From Octopus vulgaris (lineage: Eukaryota): a DNA stretch of 64,000 bases. Shown here in pieces: positions 1 to 14,700 of this stretch. Location of the stretch: positions 146,630,001-146,694,000 of the forward strand of contig OX597817.1 in NCBI GenBank assembly GCA_951406725.2, in the 5' to 3' direction. Numbering within the stretch: the stretch's first letter is position 1; every line of letters starts with the position of its first letter. The notes under the pieces are model-generated. The model ran no database searches. It was given only the letters and a program-made list of their open reading frames with translations, and was not told where the DNA came from. A program made the translations under genes and the position numbers.

Positions 1-243
1 CAGGTGCCAGGGGAGGCTGGCAACGGCCATGATCGGTTGGTACTTTTTATGTGCCACTGGCACAGGTGCCAGGGTAGGCTGGCAAAAGCCACGATCGGTT
101 GGTGCTTTTTACGTGCCACTGGCACAGGTGCCAGGGTAGGCTGGCAATGGCCACGATTGGTTGGTGCTTTTTACGTGCCACCGGCACAGGTGCCAGGGTA
201 GGCTGGCAACGGCCACAATCAGTTGGTGCTTTTTATGTGCCAC
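1..243 (-). repeat. Four 62-bp tandem units from the 3' UTR array of an RTE-type LINE
   Basis: caggtgccagg recurs at 1, 63, 125 and 187. The same unit type follows the RTE ORF end at 23.0-23.6 kb. Confidence 0.8.
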
Positions 244-2661
244 CAGATATATTTCAACCACAAAATGCTGAACTTTTTCTCTCTTCCTTGATGAAGGGTC
301 TGCAAATATTGGATCTCTTCATTTTGTCAGTAATTTATTTGAACTACCACACTGGATTATTTACTGTCAGTACAAACTTATGCTGGTTTACTTGGTATTT
401 TTAACTATTTCAAGACAGTGACTCATTTTCTTTTGTGCTTTACATTTCACTAGCTGTGTATAAAATCAAGATATAAAAAAGCATGATACACTATTTACAA
501 AGAAGAGAATAAAATGTTCTTAGGAATGGAATGTAGTAGTTCATTATTGAGAATTTCACTGGTCAGGCTAGTGAGGTCATTGAAAAGGATTATAATAAAA
601 AAAAAAGCTATCATTGTGAGGGGAGCACTGTCTGTAAACAGGACTGGCTCTAGGGTTACTGGGACCTTAAGCTTGTACAAACTGATGGTTGTGGAAGTTT
701 CCTTGTCTTTGGCGCCCTGGACGACTGCTTGAGTTGCCAGTACCTTGAGCTGGCCCTGTATGCAAAGTCATGTTTTTATTTTTCTTGCAAATTTAAAAAT
801 ATGTTTTTAATGTTACTAAAAATGGTAGGGTTTTATCACAAACAGGTTTGTTGATTACACAACAGCATCTTTTTAACATTTTTTCATATCTTTTGAGTCT
901 GGGAGATTTGCATCTTTGCATACAAAATGATTCCAGACTATTCTTCCACGATAAGGATAGCTGAATTTATTAAATTTTGTTATTGCATAACTATTACATT
1001 AGAATGTTACCCTAGAATACTTTGTTGGATGTTAGTGAATATTCTTTATAAATTTATCCTGAACGCATTTTGGTGTAGAGTTATGATAAACTTTGAACAT
1101 TAGTCTCAAGTGAGCAACCAAATTCACTTTGAACAATGGTTTGTCTTCAGTCACTTCACATTACTCATCATTTTCCATGCTGGTATGGGTTGGGCAGTTT
1201 GATAGGATCTGGCAAGCTGCAGGGCTGGATTGAGCATAATTTCTAAGGCTGGATATCCTTCCTAATACCAACCATTTTATTGTGTGTACTGGGTGGATTT
1301 TTCATGATACCAGCACCAGTGGGATTTTCAGGTAACTCACAAGACAGAAAAAGCTCTTTGACTAAGTGAGGGAGTATCTGAGAAAAGGGGTGGCTTTATG
1401 CCTGGTGTTGATAGGCTAAAGTATGATAGAGGGACAAGCACAGGTGTTTTGGTATGAAATGAAGTAGATGTTAATGTCACTGAAGAGTGGTTGTCCATTT
1501 ATGTATCAGTTGTAGAACATCTTTGATTGGTCGATCTTGTATCCAAAAGGAATTGATCAGTAAAGTTCTGTTTTTTTTTTTTAGTTTCTTGGATAATAAT
1601 GATAATAGTAATGATTTCAAATTTTGGTACAAAGCCTGTATGTTTGGGGGAGGGTATAAGTTGATTACATTGACCCCAGTTTTCAACTGGCTCTTATTTC
1701 ATTGACCCTGAAAAGATAATAGGCAAAGTTGACGTTGGCGGAATTTGAACTGAGACCATAGAGACGGACAAAATGCTGCTAAGCATTTTATCAGGCATGG
1801 TAACAATTCTGCCAGCTTGCCACCATAATAATAATGATAATAATGCAGTACCAGGCAGTGGCTCTCATGGCTTCTGATCTTAACTGATTGGAAGTGTTAT
1901 CATGTACATTGTTTTGTCTTGGTTATGAAAGCTGGGCTACAGCAAATATTCTGCTCAATATTCAGATTTGCTTGTCAGTTGACTATGTCCCTTAGTGGTT
2001 GACGATATGTGCATCTCTGATCACGAGCAGAAGTAGTGGGGGAGCATCATAGCCATGTGTTGAGAGGGATTCTTTGGGGTTTGAATAATTCACTTCTGGA
2101 AACATGGGTATTTCGTTCAACATCCTTAAACAACTCTTATTCAGGGGTCTTTTGAGCAGGATTGGTTACTTGACCAGAAGAAAATTCTAACTGGGCCCCA
2201 CCTGCAAGGCCCTGTGCTGTTTATCTTGATATGAGATCACCATGTCGTGCACATAGTTGTGATGCTTGTGCCTAGTGTACCCTTATCAGATGGGTAGTCA
2301 TGATGGGTATACTGGGCTTCGCATATTTTACCCCAGTGTCACTTTGATGGCATGCACTGCTCTCTCACTCAATAATAATAATAATAAATATTATGAGTGT
2401 CTCACAAGAAGTGTTCAGTTCAACACTGCAAGCTAATAAACTCCCATCTCAGACATACAATGACCTTGTTTCACATACCTGAATAGACTAGGCCATTGTA
2501 GCATTTGCAGTATGGTGCACTGGTAACTGTCATTTATTGTTGGCTGTTTTTTTCTTCCTGCTTGTACATAATGTTTACATGCATTGCTTCATTTCAGACA
2601 TGTAATTACATTGTCTGTTTAACAATAATCATTTGTGATAACGATTATGTATTTGTTTCAG

Positions 2662-2715
2662 TGATAATGCCAGATTTTTCTTCCTTCAAGTTTTGGAGTC
2701 ATATCTTAAGCAAAG
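2662..2715 (+). CDS. XPOT: XPOT visible exon 1 (DNARFFFLQVLESYLKQ)
   Basis: ttgtttcag acceptor, gtatt donor; resembles human DDHVKFFCFQVLEHQVK. Confidence 0.88.
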
Positions 2716-5700
2716 GTATTTAATATATTTTTTTCTCAAAAATGATGGCTAATTGTAGTATTTTATATATATAACTATGGATGGTAAATCAAATTAATAC
2801 ACTTGTCAGTGTTATCTCATGGTTCTCTTTTGAGATGTGACATCAATCATCGTTTATTATTGAAAGAACACTGGTTCACACATTCACATACTACCCTTGT
2901 ATACACACACAGAGTTGAAACGCTCTTTGATTTTTCTTTTCAGCATTGTTCACTATCCCACTTCAATTACACTCACTTCCTTTTTACATACACACAGTTG
3001 AAACACTCCCACTACCAGTTTGCCATTACCCTTTCCTTCCTTATTCATCTATCACTCCTTCCTTTCTCATATGTTGTAACAGAAAAATACAAGAGTATTA
3101 TTATAGATTATTCTTTCTCTATTTTAATTCTTTCCAAGAAACACGGTTTTTATTCATATTAATTACTGACCATTATACATCCTAGTTATTCCCTCCCTCA
3201 TACGCACACACACACACACACACACACACGTGTTTGTGTATGTACCCCTCCCTGCTTGACAACTGTTATTTATTTACATCCCCCATAACTTCAGGGTTTT
3301 GGCAAAAGTGACTGACAGAATAAGTACTAAATTTAAAAAAAAAATCTAAGTGCTGGTGTTGATGTGTTCATGTAAACTCTTCAAGGCAGTGCCCCAGCAA
3401 AGTAGCAGAAATAAGTGGAAGATAAGAAAATACAAGAAGGAAATGTCGTGCCCATGACTTCCATCCCTAATGAAACTGGATTTGATGCCATTTGATCATA
3501 TTGAGTATGAATAGGTTGATGGACTCTGGGGGACTGTAGCTCCCAGGATAAATGACCAGGTGATGTGTTCAGTAAGAGTGTGGGATATATAGCAAGGGTT
3601 GCAGGATTTGAAGAGACATATAGGCCTGAGTGGAAGGTTCACACAACCAGCAGAGATTGCCATGGTATTGAGAGAAAAGGCAGAGAGAAGAAACTTGAAT
3701 GTCTGTGAGTTAATGGTTGAAGGCTGTTGGTCAGTGAATGCTTGCATGGGTTAGATGGAAATTGTTGAGGCAGATTTTCCATTGCTGGATGTCCTTCCAG
3801 TCTCCAGTACTCACCTGTTCCCAATTAAGGTAATATTTCTCCATGGCCAGACATGCTTTTATAAAAGGTTGGAAATGAACAATATTGCTTGTTTGATGGT
3901 GATGCTTATTTACAACCAGCATGTGATGTCAAGACAAGGCTACACGCAAATTCCACTCACAAAGAATTTGGTTGATCTGGGACTTTAGTTGAAGGCACTT
4001 GCCCGTGTTGCCATACAGTGGGATTGAACCTGAGGCCATACAGTTGCGAAGCAAGCTTAGGTACTGACAGTTGTTTGCCATTGTTTTGTGTATTTAAGCC
4101 TTCAGCATTCAAATTTCTTTGTCAAATGTATCATTTATTTATTCACATTGTTTTGAATTAATCACCCATTACCTTGTAGTTTCAAGATTTCTATGATGTG
4201 TTTGTATATTTTTAGAATGACATTGTAGAGTAGGTGTAAGGTGGTTGGATCTAGTCAGTTTTGACATAAAACTGATAAAATATTTAGGCTGGATTAAACG
4301 TTAAGTGGTTAATTTAGTTTAATTTATTTTTGCTGTGCCAGGTCTAAAGTGCATTTTAGCGACCTACTTTAAACTCTTTTTAGTTCTTGAATGAAAATAG
4401 TCTGGTTGGAATGTTGATTCATAAAACAATATCTATCTTTATAGAAGCTGTCCTATATGCTTCTGCTTAAAGTTTAATCAACAAAATGGGGAAATAAAAC
4501 ATGACTGACAATAATTTTATTTTGATTACCAAATTTTCAAGTAATGTAATTTGGATATTTTTAAAAATCAAATTTATACCTCATCTAAATAAATATTTCT
4601 CCTTTGATTTTTAGGTACCAAACTGCAGGGTCTGAGGATCAGCAGATTGTGAGAGAGTTCTTGATGACATGTCTCCAAATGCAGGTCAGTATTCTTTACC
4701 GTTTTTTTCTTTCACTCATTTGACTATGACCATTAACTTTTATTGATCACCCCCCACCCCCCATTGTACTTATTTTATGGATCAAGCTTAGTTTTGTTAA
4801 TGTACACTCACAAGGTTTTGCTTGCATTGACTCAAAAGCTTGGGAGTGGATTTGGTGGATAGAAACTGGAAGAAACTCATCATATCTGAATGATTTAATA
4901 TTCGGGTTAGTTAGCAATAGTTAAATTTCCTGGTTACACAACAAAATCATTTGAAAGCAGCTTTCTTCTTGATTTCTTTTGTTTCTTTTTATAACTTAAT
5001 CCTTTTGTTACCATATTTTTGTTAATCCTTTTGTTATCAACCTGGCTGTAACTGGCTCTGTAGTACAAATGTCTTGTTTTCATAAGTTTTGAATTAGAAT
5101 CTTCCACCAAACCTTAGTCACAATTTATGTTCCTAACACTAGCTTAATGATAACTAAGTTATTTTACTAAATTCTTTGTTATATTTAAAGTAGTTGAAAG
5201 AAACACAGAGCATCTCACCAGAAATATGGTAACAAAAGGGTTAACAAATGATTAATTTAACCCTTTCGATACCATCCCGACTGAAACTGGCTCTGTAGTA
5301 CAAATGTCTTGTCATAAGTTCTGAATTAAAATCTCCTGAATTAAAATCTTAGTCACAGGTTATGTTCCTAACACCAGCTTAATGATAACTAAGTTATTTT
5401 ACTAAATTCTTTGTTATATTTAAAGTAATTAAAAGAAACAGAGCATCTCAAAATAAATACAGTTAATGAAAGGGTTAAAATACATTACTTTAGTGTCATT
5501 TAATTTTGAAAATAACGAGTAACTTAGTTAAATAATTTTGTCATTATTAACCTGGTACTTGGAACATAAATTAATATGAAATTTTGAGGGACAGTTTTAA
5601 TTTAGATCAGTTTAAAACAATAAGTTTATATCATAGGACCAGAGGCAGTTTCAGGTGGGTTGGTATCAGAAAGGTTAATTCTATTTTTCTCGTTAACAAT

Positions 5701-8700
5701 AATTAATGTGGTAGCCATTATGAAAATTGACAATAACTGCATAACCATTTTATTGTCCCAACATCTGTTGTATTATTTTTGGCTCAGACGGCTTTAGGAA
5801 TTCAGTATGAATTGTCAGAAAATGTCTCCTAGCTCTTAGTGTTGTTTGTTCAACTACACTCTTCATTCATTCTTGTGTATTGAGAATGTAATTCAGACAC
5901 TAATCCAATAGATTTTTATTTAGTTTGGTGTGTTTGGTCTTTCTTTAACTTATTTGTGCCAAAGAGCAAATATGTAGATGTGGGCTGAATGGATAAGGTT
6001 GAAACCTGAAGAAGCGGGGATTCACAACGGGAGGGAATGGCCAAGCAGTGATAGTTGCTCTCCTCCTCAAGAGTTTTGTAGTTATGGAGATAGTGTTAAC
6101 ATTGGAATAGTATTGTTTTTAATTTAGATTCAAGTTCAATAGTTTTTGAGGGAAGGGGTTTGTTGGTTACGTTGATTCCTCTACTAGTTTTTTTTATTTT
6201 ATTGATCTCTGAAGAAAAAGGTAGGATTTGAACTTAGAATGTAAAGTGCCCCAAGAACTACTGCGAGGCATTTTATCCAGTAGTCTAAAGATTTTATATC
6301 TCCACCAGCCAATATATCCTCATCATTTAATGTTTGTTTTCCATGCTGGTATGGGTTGGATAGTTGAACTGGAGCCGGTGAACCAAAGGACTGCATGAAC
6401 CTCCAGTGTCTGCTTTGGTATAGTTTCTATGGCTGGAAGCCCTTCCTAATGCCAACCACTTTAGAATGTACTGTGTTTTCTTTTGCAAGACAAGACCTGT
6501 CAAGTGAGGGTGGGGTGAAGTATTGAGGGGAGGTAGCTTTATGCTGGGTGATGGAGCAATAGGAACAGGTGTCTAAACTAAGCACAATGGATAATTAATT
6601 TTGGTAATCAGATCAGGGGCAGCACCAATAGACTTTGTGGCTCTCTCCAATATGTCTTTAAAACAATAGATGTTCAATCTGAACTTTAGTAGGAAGTCAG
6701 GGAATTCCAGTGGGTTATATTGCTGGGGTGGAATCTGAGAAATTGTCAGAGATTGTGGTTCTTAATCCTTTTTTTTTTTTTTTACTGTATTTCTGTTGAA
6801 ATTCACTGCCTTTCATTTCAATTAATTTTGAAAATAATAATGTAATTAAATAGCTGTAATTATTAAACTGATGTTCAGTACATTAATTAGCATGACATTT
6901 TGATGGAAGGTCTTTTAGATCACTTTACACCATGCTGTTTGTATCATAGGACCAAGGTTGGTCTGAGGATGGTTGGTGAAAGGATTAAACAAGAACATTG
7001 GTCAAGAAATGAGTCACTTTTATTCAAGCTAGCAAAAGGTGGAGAATCATTTATTAGAAAGATGTAGTTTGTCTTACTTTACACTTTTCTTGTATTCAAT
7101 GGGGCCCTGAAATGTGTTTTTCTTTTTTTGTCTTTTTCAGGCATCGAGTGTTACAAAAGACAAGTCTTTTTTGAAAAACAAAATTGCGCAGCTTTTCTCT
7201 TTGGCATTCCTCAATGACTTTCCCCATCGTTGGCCAACATATTTTTCTGACCTCCTCCAGGCTTCCTCCTATGGCCATGTGGCTATTGAAATGTATTTGC
7301 GAATTCTAACTGCTATTGATTACGATGTTGTTGATCGAGAAATAATTCATTCAGATCATGTAAGTTGTGTATTCTTCCTCTACATTTAATTTGTGAAATG
7401 TTCTGAAAAATATTGTTAGTCATTATTGGTCTGTTTGCAGATTGATTAATAATGATTTGTTCTTTAATAGATAAATTGTCTCCATATACATAACTGAAAA
7501 TTCAGGGTTCAAACGTTGCCAATTGTATTAAATTGTACTGTTAAGAACCTCCATTCCTTTTTTTTTTTTTTAATTCACCTCAGAAAGATAGGCATTGTCA
7601 AACCTTTGTTTAAAGTGGTGAGGGAGCTAGCAGAATTGTTAGCATGCCAGGCGAAATGCTTAGTGGTATTTCGTCTGCCGTTACGTTCTGAGTTCAAATT
7701 CCGCCGAGGTCGACTTTGCCTTTCATTCTTTCGGGGTCAATAAATTAAGTTCCAGTTATGCACTGGCGTCGATGTAATCGACTTAATCCGTTTGTCTGTC
7801 CTTGTTTGTCCCTTCTGGGCAGTAAAGAAATAAGAATTGTTAGCATACTGGGCATAATGCTTAGCAGCATTTTCTCTGTTTTTACGTTTTGAGTACAAAT
7901 TCCTCTGAGTCTGACTCTGCTTTTATTCTTTGAAGGTTGATAAAATAGGTTCCGGTTGAGCAGTAAAGTCGATGTAGTCGACTTGCCCCCTTCCCCTGAA
8001 CGTTTGAGAGCATTAGTAAACCTTAGTCCGTATACAGTCAACATCCCAGAGACTGATTGATCAACTCAGTGATGTTTGTCGTCGATGTAGTTGACTTGCC
8101 CCCCCTTCCCCTGAACGTTTGAGAGCATTAGTAAACCTTGGTCCGTATACAGTCAACATCCCAGAGACTGATTCGTGATCAACTCAGTGATGTTTGTCAT
8201 TTAAGTTACAGTTATTGCCCTTTAACCATGTCCAAATTGAAGATAGGTTTAAATAGTCTTTCTCTGAAAGAAGGGGCTGTGTTGGTAAACAAATTGCAGT
8301 GTTTAATTAAGATGGTTTTTAATTTGTCTGACACTATGGCAGAGGAGGAAAAATGATGTGGATATAAACTTTGTTCTCTCTTTCATAAAAAAGGGTAAGC
8401 AAAAATTTACGGTGTGGTAACCTGTAAAAGGCACCCATTACACTGAATGGTTGGTGTTAGGAAGGGCATCCAGCTGTAGAAACCAAACCAAATTCATACT
8501 GGAACCTGGTGTAGCTTTCCGGCTTACCAGTTCCAGTCAAGCCATCTAACCCATGCCAGCATGGAAAGATGTTAAACGATGATGATGGCTTTGAGAACTA
8601 TTGGGTTAAACAACTGTTACACTAATATGCCAGGAGCAAAAATTACCTGAGCTGCATTTAATGCTGGCTTATTATATAATTTGTGATGATGATACTGATT

Positions 8701-11700
8701 CAATCTTTGGATCCTGTCAAACTGTCCAACCATGCCAGCATGGGATCGAATGTTGAAAGATGAATGGAATTATGGACTTAGATTAAGTGTAAACAGAAAG
8801 TATGAAAAACAACAACAAAAGCACCGGTCATTACCTAGAATGGGATGCAAAATTCAGCAGTAGATTAGCAGACTCCTTAGAACATTGGAAAAAGTGCTTT
8901 TTGGGTTTTCTTCTGACTTGGTTAGTTCTGATTCTAAGTCGTGCTGAGGTCAACTTTGCAGCTTTACCTTCAGCTCTCCGGCATCAATAAAATAAAGAAT
9001 CAGTCAAGTCCTGGGGGCCGATATATTCAACCATCCCCTTCTCCCACACTTCAAGCCATGTGTCTATACTAGAAACATTATCATCACACCACTGTGTAGG
9101 TTGCGAAACTATGAATCCCGAGGGAGAAGGAGGAGGAGGCTGTGTACTAGGTGGGGAGTTAAGGTATTAGAGAGAGAGGAGGCAGAGCAGGTTCTTGTAG
9201 AGGAGTTGCATGGCTAATCACATTTAGAAGAGAGGGTGAGAAAGATCATAGGAACTACAAAGATATAGTGATGATGAGGTATCCAGGTGGCCCCTTAAGG
9301 TAGGAAGTAGTGATTTGTTACAAACCCTAGATTGAGTTAATGTTTCTGTTGTTGGATCTGGCACGACAATTATCTATATTTCCAGACTTCAAATCATTCC
9401 AATTTCCTCTTTGCTTTAAATCATTCCATTGTCTGACAGTTATGATTGACACACCATCTTTATTTCCAGGAAGCTGATCGTAATTCAAACTTAAAGGATG
9501 CTATGAGGGAGCACTGTATACACCAGTTAGTAGATTCCTGGTTACAGATCATGGTAAATTGACATTTCTACACTTTTTTTGTCTTATTTTTCTACCCTTG
9601 TTTTGTGCCTGAATGTAAGTGGCTAAATTTGTAGTTCTTTAGATGAGCTCTTAACTCTTTCAATACTAACTTGACTGAAACTGGCTCTGTAGTACAAATG
9701 TCTTGTTTTCATTAGTTTTGAATTAAAATCTTCCACCAGTCATAATTTATGTTCCTAACACAAGCTTAATTATAACTAAGTTATTTTACTAAATTCTTTG
9801 TTATATTTAAAATTGATTGAAAGAAACAGAGCATCGCAAAATAAATATGATAACAAAAGGGTTAACAAATCATTAATTTAACCCTTTTGTTACCAACCTG
9901 GCTGAAACTAGTTCTGGCTCTGTAGTACAAATGTCTTGCTTTCATAAATTTTGAATTAAAATCTTCCACCAAACCTGAGTCACAATTTATGTTCCTAACA
10001 CTAGCTTAATAATAACTAAGTTAATTTACTAAATTCTTTGTTATATCTAAAATTAATTGAAAGAAACACAGAGCATCTCAAAATAAATACAGTAATGAAA
10101 GGGTTAACCCTTTTATAACTTGTGTTTACTTTGCAATCACATGTTTGGAACTTTGTCTCATTGTGTGGCACCATGGGCAGTTGTCACTTATAACATTGAG
10201 TTTAACATGCTTTGAGAATGGAAACCAGTTCTGTGTTTGTGTAATATTGTTTGTTTAGGCTTACTCAATACTTTTTTATGGAGTGCTTGTTTATAAAAGT
10301 TTTACAAGTCAAAGGTTAAGTCACTTTGAAGTTTTGTCTTGCTTCATCAGAATATTTACATTCTGTGTGATATGACATGACATTGTTTGAGAAAAACATT
10401 TTCACATTTCCTATGAATACACTACGTTCTTAAATTAATTTAAAAAATACTAAATTTAAAATATGGTTGCCCATCAATCTACAAAGGTCAGTAAGTTCAA
10501 ATAAATACACTAATTTGGGTAACAACAATTCTTCCAATCAATCCCAGTTTGGGAAGCAGACATTGATGATACTGATGATGATGATGATAACTATAACATA
10601 AGAATCTGATGAAGAATAGACAGGAGGTTTTGTGTCATAGGACTAGGAATGGTCTCAGGCAGATTGATACTAAAAGAGCTGGCCATCTCAGAGTTGAAAG
10701 ATAACGAGTTATGCGAGAGATGATTGAAACATTTCTGATGTCAAAAATGAGATTTTGTGTGACTGTATCATTCATCATCATCATCATCGTTTAGCGTCCG
10801 TTTTCCATGCTAGCATGGGTTGGACGGTTCTACTGGGGTCTGTGAAGCCAGAAGGCTTCATCAGGCCCAGTCAAATCTGGCAGTGTTTCTACGGCTGGAT
10901 GCCCTTCCTAATGCCAACCACTCCGTGAGTGTAGTGGGTGCTTTTTACGTGCCACCCGCACTGGTGCCAGACAGAGCTGGCAAACGGCCACGAACGGATG
11001 GTGCTTTTTATGTGCCACCGGCACGAGGGCCAGGCAAGGCTGGCAACGGACACGAAACGGGGCGGTGCTGGCAACGGTCGCGAAACGGAAAGTTCTCTTA
11101 CATGCCACCGGCACTGGTAACACATCTGCAATTTCCATTGATCGATTTCCATTCTGATCGTCACTTGCCTCAACGGGTCTTCACAAGCAGAGTTTTGACA
11201 TGCCACCGGCACTGGTAGCACATCCGCAATTTCCATTGATCGATTTCGATTCTGATCCTCACTTGCCTCATCACGTCTTCACAAGTAGAGTTTTGTGTCC
11301 CAAGAAGGGAAGGTATGCATACGTAGGCTGGCTCCATCCCATGTAGAAGGCCACGGGTTATGGACTCACTTGTCCTGCCGGGTCTTCTCGCGCACAGCAC
11401 ACTTCCAGAGGTCTCATTGTTGCCACAATTGTGATTAAAACTCACAGAAGAGTTCAGTATTTCAATATGATTCCTGTCTGGGACCATAATGTGTCAATGA
11501 AAATAAATATCTCAGTCAGTAATCTTTATTGTTTTGGTGGGGTTACCATCTGTGATATATTGAATCAAATCACTAAACTACTTTACCTCTTAAAAAAGGC
11601 TTTCTATCAAAAGAAATTGTCATCAGAATTAACATGTGGATGTGGAGATGTATAGGTTAGTGGTTAAGGTGTTTGATTTGTGATCATAGTGTTTGTGGTT

Positions 11701-14700
11701 CAATTCCTTGAATGGGTGTTGTGAGTTGTGCTTTTGAGTAAGGCATTTCATTTCCTGTTGTACTAGTCTCCTGCTGTATTAAGTGCCAGCCAAGAGCAGG
11801 TGCAGCCCTCTATCCCTCTAGCTGTCACTGGATTTCCCATTGGGTCAAAAACAGAGCTGTGGAGTTGAAACAAAAACTGCAACTGCAACTCTGACTCCTT
11901 TATGTAATTAAGTGATTGTGGTCTACATATGTCATAAAGCATATGCATACGCATGTACTCTGAGTAGGCCTATATATTATAACTGGTTTATATTAAAGAA
12001 TAAAGATATTGTGAGTTGGAATTAGTTGGTATAGTTTTACTGACTCTGACTCCAGCTACCCCTTAATTGTTTCTGACTCTGACTCCTGGTCAAAAGGAAG
12101 GGAGCAAAGAGAGTCTGTTTGTGACTACATTAGGCACCTAAAACTATCAGCGACAGTATGGTTGATACCAGGCCATACTTGCTCACAAGTGAGGGGCTGA
12201 CTGCACTAAACATGGCTTTGATGTTTGAATTTTTACTTCCTTTTTGTGTTGATAAAATAAGCTAAATGTTAGGATTGATTTAATCAGCTGTTCTCTTTCT
12301 GTTTGTTAGAAATCATTGTTATTACTGAAATTTTATATTCTGAGTTGAAATCCTATTGGCTGACCTCTATTTTCCTGTTTTATGAATACAATGGGGATCT
12401 GTGGAATTGTCTGTACCATTCCCTTACACACAATTGGCCTTAGGTAATGAATGAAATCATTGTAGGTGGTGCCCCAGCATAACCTTAGTCTAATGACTGA
12501 AACAAGTAAATAATAAAAGGTGTATATGGTGATTAATCCTTCACAGATGATTGCTGTCTCTGTGCTTCCTATCTTTCCATGCATGACCTCTCATGACTAT
12601 TTAGTCCCATTGCAGATCTGCTTGGTAGATAATGGACAAAAGATGTATCTTGTTGCATGCTTCCTTCTTAGGGCTTCACACTTCTCTAGTTTTCTATGCT
12701 CATCTGACTTTCAGTAGATGGAATGATATATGAGGTCGCCATAAAGAGACATCTGTCTACCATTGGATTATTATAGTGTACAACACGAGTACCACTCTCT
12801 AATTCTTTGTGATTAGTATTTAGTGACAGGCTGAAGCAAGTTGACCAATAAATATGTGAAACTATGGGTTTTACATCAGGGTGTCACTCTCATAGGAGGA
12901 TGCTGTGACAATAGCTTGGCATCCTTTTGTCCTGGTGGTTTCACTATGTATCATGGTACCAAGCAAGGGTATTTCCACATCACCATGCTCAGATGGATTG
13001 TCATCACATCTGCTAGTTAGCCCATAGCTGGGACTCTGACAGCTGCTACCACTACTCTGGGTCAGAGTAGACATGGCTAAGAGGTAGTTCATACTCCTCA
13101 AAACCCTGCAAACCAGAGTCCTCAAACCAGCGTGTGTGTATGTTATCATCATTTAATGTTTGTTGTCCATGCTGGCAAGGGCTGGATGGTTTTACCAGAA
13201 CTGGCAAGTTAGGGAGCTGCACGAGGCTCTAGTCTGATTTGCCATCATTTCTATACTTTACAGTGTGTGCTGGGTGCTTTTAAGTGGCACTGACACAAGA
13301 CTCTTGTAGGCTAGTCCCCTTCATGAGAGGGAGCAGCCTTAAAAACACACACTCACACGTGTTACTTCATGATAGCTATCAGTGTAAGGTTGGCCATTGA
13401 GGTTGTTTGATCCACAGCTAATCCTGATTCAGCAGATTTGTGATGAAAAGTCTTCCAACAGTGATCATCCTGTCTCCCCTTTAGGCATTCTTTGTCCCTA
13501 GACATCACCAGATGTGCCTTTTTTTCCAGATGGTTGGATGTTACTTGAGAGAGATTTGGCCGAGATTTCTAACGTTTACAGTTGATTATCCTTTCTTTTA
13601 AAAACAGCAATCACAAATCAGTGGAGTCACAAAGTGGCTCCTTTGTTGGTCCATGATTGTTATTTTTATGTTGAAGGATAGTCAACACAGATAAGTTAAC
13701 GTTTACAGCTGACTATGTCTGCTTCTCTGCATATGATGTAATGGTTAAGAGTGCGGGCTACTAACCCCAAGATTCCGAGTTTGATTCCAAGCAGTGACCT
13801 GAACAACAACAATAACAATAATAATAATAATGAAAAGTACCTTAGGAATGAGAACCCAGGTTTGAAATTTCCGCAAGACACTTGATGAAGGCTGGAGAGT
13901 ATATCAGCTGAAACTTTGTGTTAACAACAAACAAGATGAGGACAAATATCTGTCGAATGTAAATAATGTATATCTGTATTTGTTTATGCAGAATTTCGAT
14001 TGTAAAATTCTGTAATAGTTTTTATTGTAAAGATAGTAATAAATATATCTCATATTTTGTCTCTAATATGAGTATGTTCATCATCATTGTCTGTTTTTCA
14101 TGCTGAGTGGGTTGGACCACCGGTATTATGTTTGAGATACATATGCACATCTGCAGTGTCACTTTTTTATGGTTAGTTATTTTCTAGTCTTTTGATCAAC
14201 TTAACATTGTTTTCATTTTTGTTTTTCTTTCTTTCCTTCCAGACGACATACCAGTCGAGCCAACCAGATATTGCCTGTCTGTGTTTAGAGGTTGTTGGAA
14301 AGTTTATATCTTGGATAGATATAAACCTTGTGGCCAATGACCAGTTTGTTACTGCACTGCTGACTTTTTTAAATTCCCCCCAACTGAGAGAATGTACCTG
14401 TGATTGCATCTATGAAATCATATCAAAGGGCATGGAGCCTGTAGCGAAAACCAAGTTAATAGAATCATTTGCTACTGTACTGAACAGTGCTGGAGTGATG
14501 TGTCCCAATGAGGTATTGTTTATGTGTTCTGTTATTCTTTTACTTGTTCCAATCATTTGACTGTGACCATGCTAAAGCACTGCCTTAAAGGACTATTTAG
14601 TCAAAGGTGCTGGTGGCACGTAAAAAGCACCAACCGATCATGGCCGTTGCCAGCCTCGCCTGGCACGTAAAAAATACCCGCTGCACTCACTAAGTGGTTG

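Noticed and set aside
1-243. CRISPR-like periodic repeats
   Set aside because: Whole 62-bp units repeat with no unique spacers, the context is eukaryotic, and the units belong to an RTE 3' UTR.
1845-2390. ~530-bp segment bounded by (AAT)n that looks like an interspersed repeat
   Set aside because: Single copy in the window, with no TIR, TSD or coding motif to support a class.
244-2661. XPOT start codon or N-terminal exons
   Set aside because: I found no spliceable segment resembling the first ~48 aa, so they probably lie upstream of the window.
10605-10625. Isolated CTGATGA/CTGAAGA words (also ~6006, 10572, 55776)
   Set aside because: No stem II, GAAA and stem III context, so these are not hammerheads.
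10820-11236. Overlapping 115-132 aa ORFs (CHRH/VPPA-rich)
   Set aside because: These are translations of the RTE 3' UTR tandem units, and the same peptides recur wherever the repeat occurs.
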